Source of the DNA: an uncultured Actinomycetes bacterium | GTDB taxonomy: Bacteria > Actinomycetota > Thermoleophilia > RBG-16-64-13 | Reading direction: 5' to 3' | Assembly: GCA_963841735.1 (NCBI GenBank) | Contig: CAWJDT010000005.1 | Coordinates: 160,001 to 224,000 of the forward strand | DNA length: 64,000 nucleotides | Shown: positions 24,484 to 35,353 of the stretch, piece by piece | How positions within the stretch are numbered: position 1 is the first letter of the stretch | Layout: each line of letters begins with the position of its first letter | The notes under the pieces: generated by a model | Database searches by the model: none | What the model was told of the DNA's origin: nothing | Seen by the model: the letters and a program-made list of their open reading frames with translations, nothing else | Translations under genes and position numbers: made by a program

Positions 24484-25152
24484 ATGATTGTTGCTTCTCC
24501 CAAATCGATCACCGAGCTGAGGAACCTCATCTCGGGCCACAAGCGCGTGCTCTTCGCCGGCTGTGGCACTTGTGTCACAGTCTGCCTGGCCGGTGGCGAG
24601 CGTGAGGTGGGATTAGCCTCATACGCCATCCGCATGGCGCGCAAACTCGAAGGAGAGCCACTCGAACTCACCCAGATGACCATCGAGCGCCAGTGCGAGA
24701 ACGAGTTCATCAAAGACCTGGCCGAAGCGGCCGCCAAAGTCGACGCCATCGTCTCGTTCGGGTGCGGTGTGGGCGTGCAGGCCGTGGCCGAGAGCTTCCC
24801 CGAGAAGCCGGTCTATGCCGCCCTCAACACTCAGTTCATGGGCACTCTCGAGGAGCAGGCCGTCTGGGCCGAGAAGTGCCTGGGCTGCGGCGATTGCATG
24901 TTGGCGCAGTTCGGCGGGGTCTGCCCGGTGACGCGCTGCGCCAAGCGGCTCTTGAACGGTCCCTGCGGTGGTTCCACCGAGGACCATTGTGAAGTGGACG
25001 AAGACCGTCCCTGCGCCTGGCAGCTCATCTACACGCGCCTCAAGAACATCGAGCAGTTGGACCGGCTTGATGAGGTCGTTCCCGCCAAGGATTGGAGCAC
25101 CTCCTGGCACTCCGGAGCGCGCAAAGTGGTACGCAAAGAACACCGGGTGTAG
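24484..25152 (+). CDS. metV: MetV (MTHFR small Fe-S/Zn subunit, MTHFR_C domain)
   Basis: GCGTCVTVCLAGGE, RQCE, GCGVGVQ, CLGCGDC, GGVCPVTRCAKRLLNGPCGG and PCAWQLIY. Confidence 0.88.
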   Translation: MIVASPKSITELRNLISGHKRVLFAGCGTCVTVCLAGGEREVGLASYAIRMARKLEGEPLELTQMTIERQCENEFIKDLAEAAAKVDAIVSFGCGVGVQAVAESFPEKPVYAALNTQFMGTLEEQAVWAEKCLGCGDCMLAQFGGVCPVTRCAKRLLNGPCGGSTEDHCEVDEDRPCAWQLIYTRLKNIEQLDRLDEVVPAKDWSTSWHSGARKVVRKEHRV

Positions 25153-25178
25153 CCCGAACCTCACAGTCTGGCGAGCCT

Positions 25179-25216
25179 GGGGGCTCGGTCCCACTCGGGG
25201 CCGGGCCCTCTTCTTT
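25179..25216 (+). terminator. Rho-independent terminator of the Hdr/Met/Glt operon
   Basis: GGGCTCGGTCCC-ACTC-GGGGCCGGGCCC stem (two G-U pairs) followed by TCTTCTTT. Confidence 0.75.
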
Positions 25217-25324
25217 GCCGGACCGGGGTGTTCGCTACGCGCCGCCCTCCGACACCAGCTTTTCGCTACACTGATATTGACCAGTTGCGCTCGCGCGCGT
25301 AGCTGTATGTGGGCGCCGCGTTGA

Positions 25325-28300
25325 GTGGAGACTGGTATGAATATTCGGGATGCAGTCGGCCCAGCCGCAAGCAGAGACGTCAACAAGCGCTTCCCACCGG
25401 ACGGTGTTATGGAGCACAACCCAGAGTTCGCCTCCCTTATCTCTCAATTGGCGAGCGACTTCGGCTGCCTCTCACCTAAAACGGATGACGGACACATCAC
25501 CGATACGCTGAGGGAGCTTGCCCACCTTGCTCAGGCCGTTGGCGGTTTCGTGGTCGCCATTTCCCCCGATATGGCCTCCGCTTCCATCACACACGTCTGG
25601 AGCGCCAGCCTAGATGACCCCCCCACCGCTTTGTTCTCGTCCTTCCCGGTCGAGGGCCTTTCGTGGTGTGCCGATGCGCTCGGCCGTGGCGAGAGCGTCG
25701 CCTTGCGCACTCCGAAAGACGTTCCCCTGGAGGCGCGGGGCGCAAGGCAATTGATGGAGACCCACGGGTTTCGCCCCCTGCTCTTTGTTCCCATGAGGGC
25801 GGGGGGTGACCTGCGCGGATGTCTGGCCTTCTACGGAGCAGCGGGAGAAGAACAAGACTGGCCCAAAGATAGACTGCCGCTTCTGCAGTTCACCGCCGAC
25901 CTGATCGCGGAGCGCAGGCAGGCTGAAGAGGCATCACGCGAGAGCGAGAGACAGTACCGTGTCCTGATCGATAACGCACCCGTCGGCATCGGCGTGACCG
26001 ATGAGCACGGTAGACTACTGGCGTTCAACGACGCCATGCTCCGTCCCGGTGGACATAGCCGCGCCGATATCGGGAGGATCGGTCATATCTCCGCGTTGTA
26101 CTACGATGCGGAAGAACGGGATGAGGTCCGGGAGCTCCTCCAGAGGCAGGGCTTCGTCAAGGGCCACAAGGTACGCTTCAGACGCAAGGACGGCAGCCCC
26201 TACTGGGCATCGCTCTCCCTCTCCCAAGTGACATTCCAGGGGCGTCCCTGTACGCAGGCTCTGGTTGAGGACATCACCGAGCGCCAGCGCACCGACGAGC
26301 TGCTGCAACTGCGCGCCGGCCAGCAGACCGCCATCGCCTCGCTGGGCCTGAGGGCGCTGTCAGGAGCCGACCTCCCGAGCTTCATGCAGGAACTGGCAGC
26401 GCTGGTCACGCAGACACTGGGAGTCAAACACTGCCAGATCATGGAGCTGCTGCCGGACGGCCTCGCCTTGCAGCTGCGCGCGGGCGTCGGCTGGAGGGAC
26501 GGACTGGTAGGCAACGCCACCGTCGATGCGGAACTCGGCTCACAGGCCGGCTTCACACTCCATTCCGACGCGCCGGTGATCGTCGAAGACCTGCGCACCG
26601 AGACACGCTTCCACGCTCCCCCTTGCTGCGCGACCACCACATGGTCAGCGGCCTGAGCGTGGTCATCACCGGGAAGGACCGCCCCTATGGTGTGCTTGGG
26701 GTCTTCACCACTCGGCACCACAGTTTCACCGAGGACGACGCCCACTTTCTGCAGGCTGCAGCAAACATCCTGGCAGCGACAATCGAAGGCAGGCGAGCGG
26801 AAGAACAACTGCGAGAGAGCGAGGCGCGGTTTGCCGCTTTCATGAAGCATCTGCCCGCCACGGCCTTCATCAAGGATTCACACTCCCGCCTTATATACGC
26901 GAATCACCACGTGAAGAGGCACCTCGAAGATCACGAATGGGTCGGTCGTTCCGCGCCGGACATCTTCCCAGAGCCCCTCGCCCAGAAGATGGTCGCGGGT
27001 GATCAGGAGGCGCTCGAGAGCGGATACACCCTGACGATAGACGAGGTGCCCGACGCGGACGGCGATGTCAGAACCGTGGAGACCCGCAAATTCCGTATCG
27101 ACCGCGAGAATCAAGAGCCGTTGCTTGGCGGATTCGCTCTTGACATCACCGAGCGCACGGAACTGGAGCGGTCCCTGCGCTTCACTCAATACTCAGTGGA
27201 CCACGCCGCCGACAATATCTTATGGCTGGACGAGGACGGCAGAATCATCTACGCGAGCGAGGCAACTTGCGAGCGGCTGGGCTACACGCTCGAGGAGATG
27301 CTCGCCCTGAAAATACATGACATCGACACCGCGGCGCCAGCGCCTTGGCACGAACACTGGGAGAAAGTGAGACACGAGGGACGTCGGACCTTCGAGGTCA
27401 TCCACCGGGCCAAGGACGGCACATGCATGCCCGTGGAGGTGAGTACCAGCCTCGTGGTCTACGAAGGCAAGGAGTACCACTTCTCGTATGCCCGCGACAT
27501 CACCGAGCGCAGGCAGGCCGACGAGGAGCGGGAGAGGCTCCAGGCTCAGCTGCTCCAAGCTCAGAAGATGGAGTCGGTCGGGCAGTTGGCTGGAGGTGTA
27601 GCCCATGACTTCAACAACATGTTGGAGGTGATCCTCGGCCGTGCGGAGCTGGCGATGGACCAGTTGGGCCCTTCTCACCCAGTGACTGCCGACCTATCGG
27701 AGATCCGCAAGGCGGCCGAGCGCTCCGCCCACATCACGCGCCAGCTCTTGGCCTTCGCCCGCCGCCAGATCGTCACCCCAAGGCTGATCGACCTCAACGA
27801 AACCGTCGCCGGCACCCTCAAGATGCTGGAGAGGTTGATCGGTGAAGGCATCGAGCTGGTCTGGCGCCCAGGCGCCGACCTGGGGCCTATCGAAGTAGAC
27901 CCAGCGCAGATCGACCAGATCCTGGTGAACCTCTGCATCAACAGCCGGGATGCTGTCGATGGTGCCGGTAGAATCACCATCGAGACGGCCGCCACGATCA
28001 TTGACGAACCCTTCAGCGCGACGCGCGAGGAATGCGAGCCCGGTGAGTATGTGCTGCTCACCGTGAGTGACAACGGCTGCGGCATGAGTCAGGAACTGCA
28101 GACCCACCTGTTCGAGCCCTTCTTCACCACGAAGGAGACGGGCAAGGGCAGCGGCCTGGGTCTGGCCACCATCTACGGCATTGTGAAGCAGAACAACGGC
28201 TTTCTGGAAGTGCAGAGCGAACCGAGCCTTGGCACCACCATCAGTGTCTATCTGCCCCGACACGCAGGAGACCCCGTAGCCGAGGCGCAAGACCGACCGG

Positions 28301-28698
28301 CGCCCAGCTCCACGCTCCCCATGGGCAACGGAGAAACACTTCTGGTGGTCGAAGATGAGCTGCCCATACTGGCATTGATCGAGAAGGTACTCACCCAAGC
28401 CAACTACCGGGTACTCGCGGCATCGGCTCCCTCCGAAGCGCTGAGCTCCGCTGCGGCTTTTCCCGACAAGATAGCCCTGCTCATCACCGACGTGGTCATG
28501 CCCCAGATGGACGGCTGGGACTTGGCGAAGCAGTTGGTTTGCATCCGACCGGACCTCAAGACCCTCTTTATGTCGGGCTACGCGGCCGACATCGTGTCCG
28601 GCCGCGATCTTCTGGGCAGAGAGGTACGCTTCATGCAGAAACCGTTCTCGCCTCGTGACTTGGTCATCGCGGTCAGGGCGACTCTCGACCAGAAGTGA
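25325..28698 (+). CDS. Multi-sensor hybrid histidine kinase (GAF, PAS x3, HisKA, HATPase, receiver); one frameshift near 26620
   Basis: PAS ends DITER; QAQKMESVGQLAGGVAHDFNN; DNGCGM, FEPFFTTK, GSGLGL; receiver VVEDE...LITDVVMP...KPF. Confidence 0.9.
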
Positions 28699-28747
28699 GC
28701 AGGCCGCCCGCGACGTCGCGGGCGCCGGCCCCTATCGCCCGACGCTG

Positions 28748-29089
28748 CTAGGCCAGGGCCGACACTCCCGTCTCACCCGTGCGGATGCGCAGGCATTCTT
28801 CCATCTCCAGCACGAAGATCTTGCCGTCGCCAATGTTGCCTGTGTGCGCCCCCCGGGTGATGGCGTCAACCGCGTGCCATACATTGGAGTTGCTCACGGC
28901 CACTTCCACCTTGATCTTGTGAAGCAGTCCGCCCCTCTCCACATGACTCCGATAAACCTCAGCTATGCCCTTCTGCCTGCCCCTGCCCATCACCTCCGAG
29001 ACAGTAACCAGGTTGATCTCTTCCGACTCGAGAGCGGCCATGACCTCATCCAACTTGTCGGGCTGGATGATGGCGATGATGTATTTCAT
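28748..29089 (-). CDS. glnK: P-II nitrogen regulatory protein
   Basis: IIAIIQPDKL, GRGRQKG, TGNIGDGKIFV and RIRTGETG. Lies downstream of amt. Confidence 0.93.
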   Translation of the reverse strand: MKYIIAIIQPDKLDEVMAALESEEINLVTVSEVMGRGRQKGIAEVYRSHVERGGLLHKIKVEVAVSNSNVWHAVDAITRGAHTGNIGDGKIFVLEMEECLRIRTGETGVSALA

Positions 29090-29123
29090 GATCTCGGCTC
29101 CTTATTCGTCATCTATCCGGCGG

Positions 29124-30360
29124 CTATCCGACGACCGTGTACGCCGATTCGCGGTGCTGGGTTAGATCCAGGCCGATGTTCTCTTGGTCCGGGTTCACCC
29201 TTAGGCCGATGAACTTATCGACAAGTTTGAGCAGGCCCCACGACAACACGAACGAGTAGGCGGCACAGACCGCGACGGCCGCGATTTGCAGCAGCATCAG
29301 CTTGCCTCCCCCGTGAAATACCCCGTTAGCGCCGGCCGGGTTGATCACGGTACTCGCCCACAACCCGGTGGCCAGGGCACCCACTATCCCCCCGACACCG
29401 TGCACTCCGAAGGCATCGAGCGAGTCGTCGTAGCCCAGCTTGCCCTTTACCACTACCACCGACACGTAGCACACCAGACCGGCCAGGGCTCCGATGCCCA
29501 TGGCCCCCAGCGGGCCGACGAAGCCGGACGCCGGTGTCACCGCCACCAAGCCGGCCACAGCGCCTGAGATAATGCCCAGCGCCGTCGGCCGCTTGCGGGT
29601 GATCCATTCAAGTGCCGCCCAAGCTACGGCCGAAGCAGCCGCCGCCATGTGGGTGGCCAGGAAGGCCGAGACCGCCAACCCTCCTGAGGAGAGTGCGCTG
29701 CCTGACGTTGAAGCCGAACCACCCGAACCACAACAGCGCCGCTCCCAGGATGGCGAAGGGCAGGTTGTGCGGCGGAGAGGTGTCGGGGTAGCCCTTGCGC
29801 TTGCCTATGACCAGCGCGGCCGCCAGCGCCGCCATGCCCGCATTGATGTGCACCACGGTGCCACCAGCGAAGTCGAGGGCCCCCAGCTCACGCAGCCAGC
29901 CGCCTACCCCCCAGACCCAGTGGGCCATGGGGTCGTAGACGATGGTGGTCCACAGCAAAGAGAACACCAGAAACGCGCTGAACTTCATGCGCTCGGCGAA
30001 GGCGCCGATGACGAGGGCGGGAGTGATGATGGCGAACATCATCTGAAACGCCATGAACAACTGGTGGGGCACCGTGGCCGCATACGCTGCGTTGGGCTCG
30101 AGGCCGACACCATTCAAGCCCAGCCAGCTGAAGTCGCCGATGAAGCCCCCGTGGTCTGGGCCAAAGGCCAGGCTGTAGCCAAAGACCACCCACTGCACAC
30201 TGATCACGCCCACCAATATGAAGCACTGCATCATGATGGAGAGAACATTCTTGCGGCGCACCAGCCCGCCATAGAAGAAGGCCAACCCAGGAGTCATCAA
30301 CATCACGAGTGCAGTGCTGATGATCATCCAGGCGGTATCGCCGGTGTCTACGCTCGTCAT
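29124..30360 (-). CDS. amt: Ammonium transporter (one frameshift near 29700)
   Basis: [54 protein letters not shown] and [14 protein letters not shown]. Confidence 0.93.
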
Positions 30361-30579
30361 GTCCACCCTCCTAGGCCGGATCTGCTGTTCGCCCGCATGC
30401 GCCCGGGGCAACAAATCCGGTGGCCATGCGTGTTCTCAATTACAGCGGAGGGAGCCTAGAAAGGAAACCGCCTAACGTACAAGGATTGGCGCGTTTCGTT
30501 GTACCTTTGGAGCCAGCGCCGTACTATTGCGCCGCCCAGCGCGTTCTGGGCGACCGGGACGACCGGGGCGCCGCTGCGC

Positions 30580-32232
30580 TCAGGTCATCAGTAGGCTGCG
30601 GGCCTTGAGACCCAGGCCGAGGCGCTCCTTGTGCTCAGTCTGGAAGACACTCAGCCCAGATATGTCGGCGATCTTCTCCAGCCGGTAGCGGATGGTGTGC
30701 CGGTGGGCAAAGAGGTCGGCGGCACTCTGAGTGAGACTCTCGTTGTTCCGAAAGAACACCACCAGGGTCTCGGTAAGCTGCGTGCCGTTGGCTTGGTCGT
30801 AGCGGTCCACCGGTCCGATGGTGTCCTCGTACAGACGGCGGATCTCGTCGGGGTCCCGCTCCCAGATGTCCAGCAGCAGCCTATAGGTGCCCACGTCCTC
30901 GAAGTGCAACAGGCTGCCCACGCCGCTGAGCCTGCGCGCCACCTTCAACGCGACCAATGCTTCCTGATACGCCCGGCCCATCTGCCCGGCGTCGGGCGTG
31001 AAGCCCCCGATACCTGCCGAGATACTCAAGTCGGCGGACGTCCTCCCAAGAGCCTGCAACGTGGTGGCGAGCTTCTTTAGAGAGGTCGCATCCTGGGCGG
31101 TCTTCCCGCACACAAAGATCACCACGTGGCCGGACTTCAGGCTGGCGAGCGACGAGGGTTCGGTCGAGCCCAGGTGGCGCGAGCACTGGGAGAAGAACTG
31201 CTCGGCCCTCCGATCCAGCTCCTCCTGACCCCAGCCCTTGCGGGGCACCAAACCGTCGAAATCATCCACCCCGAGCAAGATGACGGTGGACCCCTGGCTC
31301 AGGTCACATCCCAAGAACGCGCCGCGTCGTGAGAGGGAGTCTCCATCCCGCGCCCCTCCGCTCACCACGTCGTCCACGAAGTCGCCCTTCAAACGCACCT
31401 CGGTCTCGAAGCGCACCCGGTCCTGAGCCATCTCGAGAGCCGCGATGGTGACGGAGTGCTCCAAGATCATGATCTCATTGGCCGAAAGCTCCTCCGCCTC
31501 AGTGAGTGAGCACACATAGCCCAACCGCCTGTGACTGGCCACGATGGGCAGCGCAAACATGGCCGGCAGCCCTTCTTCGCTCAACCGCACCGGCTTTTGC
31601 CCCTCCCCCATTCCCGCGAACAGCTCTCGTGCTTTGGCGCCGGCCAGGCCCGTCTTCAGGTGGATCCAAGCCGCGGCCAAGCCCTTCGAGGCTGCCAGCA
31701 CCTCCAGGGAAGTGTCAAGCACCAGTGCAGGGCTCTCCAGCAGGCGGGAGGCCTCATCGGCCAGGTCTTGCCAGCCGCCTCCCCGAATCACCACTCCCAG
31801 TAGACTCCGGTGAATCGACTGCGACTGCTCCAGCAACGACGCCTGCCGGTTGATGATCAGCTCGGTGGCGTCCTGCATAAGCCGCGTCCAGCGAAGGCTC
31901 TGCGCCACCTCGACAATGGGGAACCTGCGCTTCTCGGCCAGCTCCAAGATGTCCCCCGGCAGGCTCTCGACAAAGCGAGTGGTCTTGATGAACAGCGCAG
32001 CCGCGTCGGCCATCATCACCCTGCGGCAAAACTCACGCTGCCTCTCCGGATCGCCCTTCACAGCGAAAAGCGTGGAGAGCACCAGCTCTCCCCCCGACAG
32101 CCAATCGGCGATATCGGGGACTTCTCCCACGGTCACCGACGAGACCCTGCGGTCCAGACCGCCCTCGCCGGCAAGCATCCGAGCCTCTTTGAGCACCTCA
32201 AGCTGGAGTATTTGTGAAACCGTTACAGGCAT
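30580..32232 (-). CDS. PucR-family transcriptional regulator
   Basis: N-terminal PucR domain (GLDRRVSSVTVGEVPDIADWLSGGELVL), GAF and GGDEF-like regions, C-terminal HTH (AADLFAHRHTIRYRLEKI). Confidence 0.9.
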   Translation of the reverse strand: MPVTVSQILQLEVLKEARMLAGEGGLDRRVSSVTVGEVPDIADWLSGGELVLSTLFAVKGDPERQREFCRRVMMADAAALFIKTTRFVESLPGDILELAEKRRFPIVEVAQSLRWTRLMQDATELIINRQASLLEQSQSIHRSLLGVVIRGGGWQDLADEASRLLESPALVLDTSLEVLAASKGLAAAWIHLKTGLAGAKARELFAGMGEGQKPVRLSEEGLPAMFALPIVASHRRLGYVCSLTEAEELSANEIMILEHSVTIAALEMAQDRVRFETEVRLKGDFVDDVVSGGARDGDSLSRRGAFLGCDLSQGSTVILLGVDDFDGLVPRKGWGQEELDRRAEQFFSQCSRHLGSTEPSSLASLKSGHVVIFVCGKTAQDATSLKKLATTLQALGRTSADLSISAGIGGFTPDAGQMGRAYQEALVALKVARRLSGVGSLLHFEDVGTYRLLLDIWERDPDEIRRLYEDTIGPVDRYDQANGTQLTETLVVFFRNNESLTQSAADLFAHRHTIRYRLEKIADISGLSVFQTEHKERLGLGLKARSLLMT

Positions 32233-32410
32233 AGTGCCACGAACGATAGCAGTCGGAACGAGCGCCGTCGAATGGAGCGAGCCGGGCAGCCGATGGACAC
32301 CGCGGGTTAGGGGCCGCCGACCTATGCCAGCTCGGCCTTGCGCACCGCCTTCCTAGCTGGGACGATTCAGTGGATAGATCCGTCTGACCGAAAGAGGAGG
32401 GGGAGCCGCG

Positions 32411-32995
32411 GTGGACCGGACCGAGCTGAGGCATCTGTTCGCGTGGCGGCGCTGCCATAACTGCATGACTGTGACCGAGGACCAGGAGATTGCAGAGTCC
32501 GCGCCGGACCAATGCCCAAGTTGCGGCCAGACGGGCTACTTCCTGGATTGGCCGCCGGAACCCGCCCGGCTGTTGCTCAGAAGCGCCTTCCGTCAGAGCA
32601 TCGAGGACTACGAAGGCCTTGCCACGATGAGCTTCCTGGTCGCCTCATCTATGGACTCGATCGTCCAGTGGGTGGTCGGGGCAGCCGCGGAATATCTGGC
32701 GCCCGAGGGCCAACGCGGCGCGCAACTCATCGAGAGCGCCCACGATCCGGCCCTTTCCACCGAAGAGCGACTGCATCTGCTGAAGAACATCGCCGACCTT
32801 GACTACAAGGGGGTCGCGGAGAGCCTCGACGAGCCAGGCTTTGCCTCGAGATGGAAAGACCTGCGCAATGGACGAGATCAGTTCGTCCAGTTCTGCGATC
32901 CTTCCGCCTTTCAGTCCGTGACCGAACAGGACCTGTTCGACCTCGCCCGCATGGCAGTCAAGGTCTTCGCCCGGCTCAACAACATGATCTGGTGA
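32411..32995 (+). CDS. Hypothetical protein with N-terminal zinc ribbon
   Basis: CHNC...CPSCG motif, 194-aa ORF, GAGGAGG RBS. Confidence 0.6.
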   Translation: MDRTELRHLFAWRRCHNCMTVTEDQEIAESAPDQCPSCGQTGYFLDWPPEPARLLLRSAFRQSIEDYEGLATMSFLVASSMDSIVQWVVGAAAEYLAPEGQRGAQLIESAHDPALSTEERLHLLKNIADLDYKGVAESLDEPGFASRWKDLRNGRDQFVQFCDPSAFQSVTEQDLFDLARMAVKVFARLNNMIW

Positions 32996-33007
32996 GACCC
33001 GAAAGCC

Positions 33008-33157
33008 CTACGCCACGGGCGCGTCCCACATGATCGCCACAGCCTCCGGATCGCCCGAGCTGACCATCACAGCTAGGCTGGCCCCGGGAAGCACCCGCGA
33101 CGCGTAGACCACCGCCACCGTTTCCTTTAAGCCTTTCATCTGCTTGAAGAGTCCCAT
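33008..33157 (-). pseudogene. Short gene remnant (possible internal deletion)
   Basis: MGLFKQMKGLKETVA...PGASLAVMVSSGDPEAVAIMWD behind an AAAGGA RBS. It looks like the N- and C-termini of a longer protein joined together. Confidence 0.35.
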
Positions 33158-33323
33158 GTCGAATCCTTTACTATCGCCATTCGATTCGAGGAACACTGGC
33201 CACACGGTCTGGCGTGTTACCAGATGGAGCGCTTTGCAGGCTATGGGCATTGCGATTGACCCTCGGGGCCCGAGATGCAAATCCGGCGCGCACTCCCGCG
33301 GCGCGGGGGGCACGGCCTCGGTA

Positions 33324-34631
33324 CTACGCGTCGGCCACGAAGGAGCGATCGTCTTCCCCTCGCTTTTGCTTCAGCCACTCGGCATACCAGGTCGCATGGC
33401 CTTCGCGCGCGATCTCTCTCGGTAGCCTGCCCTTGACCATGGCTCTCAGCCCTCCTCGCCCATGCCGAGTGAGCAACGCTATGCCGAGATGACCAAACAG
33501 GAGCATGGCGCTGGTGACTGCCAAGACCTTGTGCCCCAAGAGGAGCCCTGGCAGCAGCCAGAGGGGCAGATGGAACCGGAACAACAGCAGGATGCCGGTG
33601 ACGACGAAACCCAACGCCAGGCCCGCCACCAAGTGGGAGTTGACCTTCTGCCCAGCGTTGAACCGGCCCTGAGGGGGCATCTTCCCACCGCGAAGCATGC
33701 GCCCGCTCAGCGCGGCGCGGAGCCAGCGGCCATCGTTGGCGTCCCATTCGTCCACCGCGCGCCGAGTCTCTGCCAGGCGCCGGCGATCAAGCACCAGGAA
33801 GATCAACAACGGGACGAGCACCATCGCGAGCCCCACATAGCCATGGTACTGAGACACCGTGTAGCGAGCTCCGGCCATCCACGTCCGGGTCGACGGGATC
33901 CACATGAGCGCGCCACTGAGCCCCGCGACGAGGAAGCAGAAGGCATAGACCCAATGCGCGAGGCGCTCGGCGAGCACGAACCGCACCGGCCCGCTTACTG
34001 TTGCCCCCCCATTCGCCGAGGTCCGCCGGTTCCCTGACCACTGGATGGCCATTCCGGCCCAACCGATCAAGGCGAAGACACCGAGCAACGACATGAAAGC
34101 GATCCACCCGCCGGTGAGTCCGCCACCGCCGCCACCGGTCCCCGCCAACGCCGCGATCGAGTCGGTGCTGGTCGTGGTCGCTCCCTCAACGGTCGTGGTC
34201 GGCTCCAAAGAACTCGTGCTCGAGTCCAGGATGGTCGTGCTCGAGTCCAGGATGGTCGTGGTCGATCCCGCGATGGTCGTGGTCGATCCCACGATGGTCG
34301 TTGCCGCCGCCCCAGCGCCCGCCGCCGAAAGGCTCGTCGGCGTCGTTTTTGGCAAGGCCGGCTTCGTGGTGGCCGACGCCGGTGGCTTCGTGGTGGCCGG
34401 CGCGGGTGGCCTGGTGGTGACCGGCGCTGGTGGGCTGGTGGTAACCGGCGCTGGTGGAGATGTGGTGACTGTAACGTGGCAACCGGGAGTGCCGTGCCCA
34501 GTATCAGGATTGCAGGTCTTGCCCGGCGTAGCTCCCGCCGGTTGTACGTAGCCCCAACCGAGCAGAGCAGCAGCCGCGACCGCCACGATCACCAAGCTCA
34601 GGGCAAGATAGCGTTTCCTTCTCTTCATCAT
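33324..34631 (-). CDS. FdnI-like di-heme cytochrome b with N-terminal signal/anchor and Pro/Thr-rich linker
   Basis: RFVLAERLAHW, YHGYVG, GRFNAGQK, GHKVLA and GHLG give four His residues in TM helices. Confidence 0.78.
   Translation of the reverse strand: MMKRRKRYLALSLVIVAVAAAALLGWGYVQPAGATPGKTCNPDTGHGTPGCHVTVTTSPPAPVTTSPPAPVTTRPPAPATTKPPASATTKPALPKTTPTSLSAAGAGAAATTIVGSTTTIAGSTTTILDSSTTILDSSTSSLEPTTTVEGATTTSTDSIAALAGTGGGGGGLTGGWIAFMSLLGVFALIGWAGMAIQWSGNRRTSANGGATVSGPVRFVLAERLAHWVYAFCFLVAGLSGALMWIPSTRTWMAGARYTVSQYHGYVGLAMVLVPLLIFLVLDRRRLAETRRAVDEWDANDGRWLRAALSGRMLRGGKMPPQGRFNAGQKVNSHLVAGLALGFVVTGILLLFRFHLPLWLLPGLLLGHKVLAVTSAMLLFGHLGIALLTRHGRGGLRAMVKGRLPREIAREGHATWYAEWLKQKRGEDDRSFVADA
34210..34462 (-). 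repeat. Coding tandem repeats (about 24-bp PPAPVTT[S/R/K] x4 and 21-bp STTTI[A/L][G/D] x3-4)
   Basis: Visible in both DNA and protein. Confidence 0.7.
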
Positions 34632-34713
34632 GCTGTGCTTATACCTCCAGACAGGACCGACGCTCGGGACGGTCTCGGGACGACAAGATGTCTACTAGCT
34701 CGCCAGGATCTGG

Positions 34714-35274
34714 CTAGTCATCCTCGTCGGGGTGTTCGTCGTCGGTATGCGATGCGGGCAAGTGATCGGAAGGCTCGTCGACCTCGTCGACCTCGTCCAA
34801 GCTCGGTGCATCCTCGTCGTGCTCGATAGCCGGCAGGTCAGATGGCTCCTGAACGGTGGTGGGCGGCGAAGCGGGCTGCGTGGTCGGCGGCGAGACCGGC
34901 CGTGTGGTCACCGGCCTAGTCGGCTGTATGGTGGCCGGCGAGGCCGCAGGCCTCTGACTGCCTGTAACCAGTACCGGGCCGGCCGGTGCGGCCTGGCCCA
35001 GCGCGGCGCTTTGATCGATGAGTGGTTGCAGCAAGCCCTCGCTGGTCACGGTTGTCTCGGTTTCGGTTGTCTCTGCCTCCGTCGTCTCCGTCTCCACCAC
35101 AGTGGCCGGGTCGGTCGCGGCAGCCACAACGGAGTTCAGTGTGGAGTCAAGAAGGGTCACGCTTGCATCTCCGCGGTGCACTTGCCCCAAGACTATCCCC
35201 GTGCCAACGAGCGCCACGACCGTCAACATGGCAAGAATCGGTGTCAACACGCTAGCTTTGATCCGCATTTGCAC
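34714..35274 (-). CDS. Membrane-anchored Thr/Pro-rich hypothetical protein with acidic, His-containing tail
   Basis: N-terminal TM helix, AGGAG RBS, tail DDEHPDEDD. Confidence 0.6.
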   Translation of the reverse strand: MQMRIKASVLTPILAMLTVVALVGTGIVLGQVHRGDASVTLLDSTLNSVVAAATDPATVVETETTEAETTETETTVTSEGLLQPLIDQSAALGQAAPAGPVLVTGSQRPAASPATIQPTRPVTTRPVSPPTTQPASPPTTVQEPSDLPAIEHDEDAPSLDEVDEVDEPSDHLPASHTDDEHPDEDD

Positions 35275-35353
35275 TCCTCCTCGCTAGGACCCGTCACCCA
35301 CAATCGCTGAGGCGACGAGGCCCGACCGGCAACCAGGAGTTTAGACCTCGGTC

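Noticed and set aside
10880-25152. Selenocysteine or programmed frameshifting in hdrA/mvhD
   Set aside because: Cys motifs use normal Cys codons, and frame breaks are scattered across all genes without shared slippery sites.
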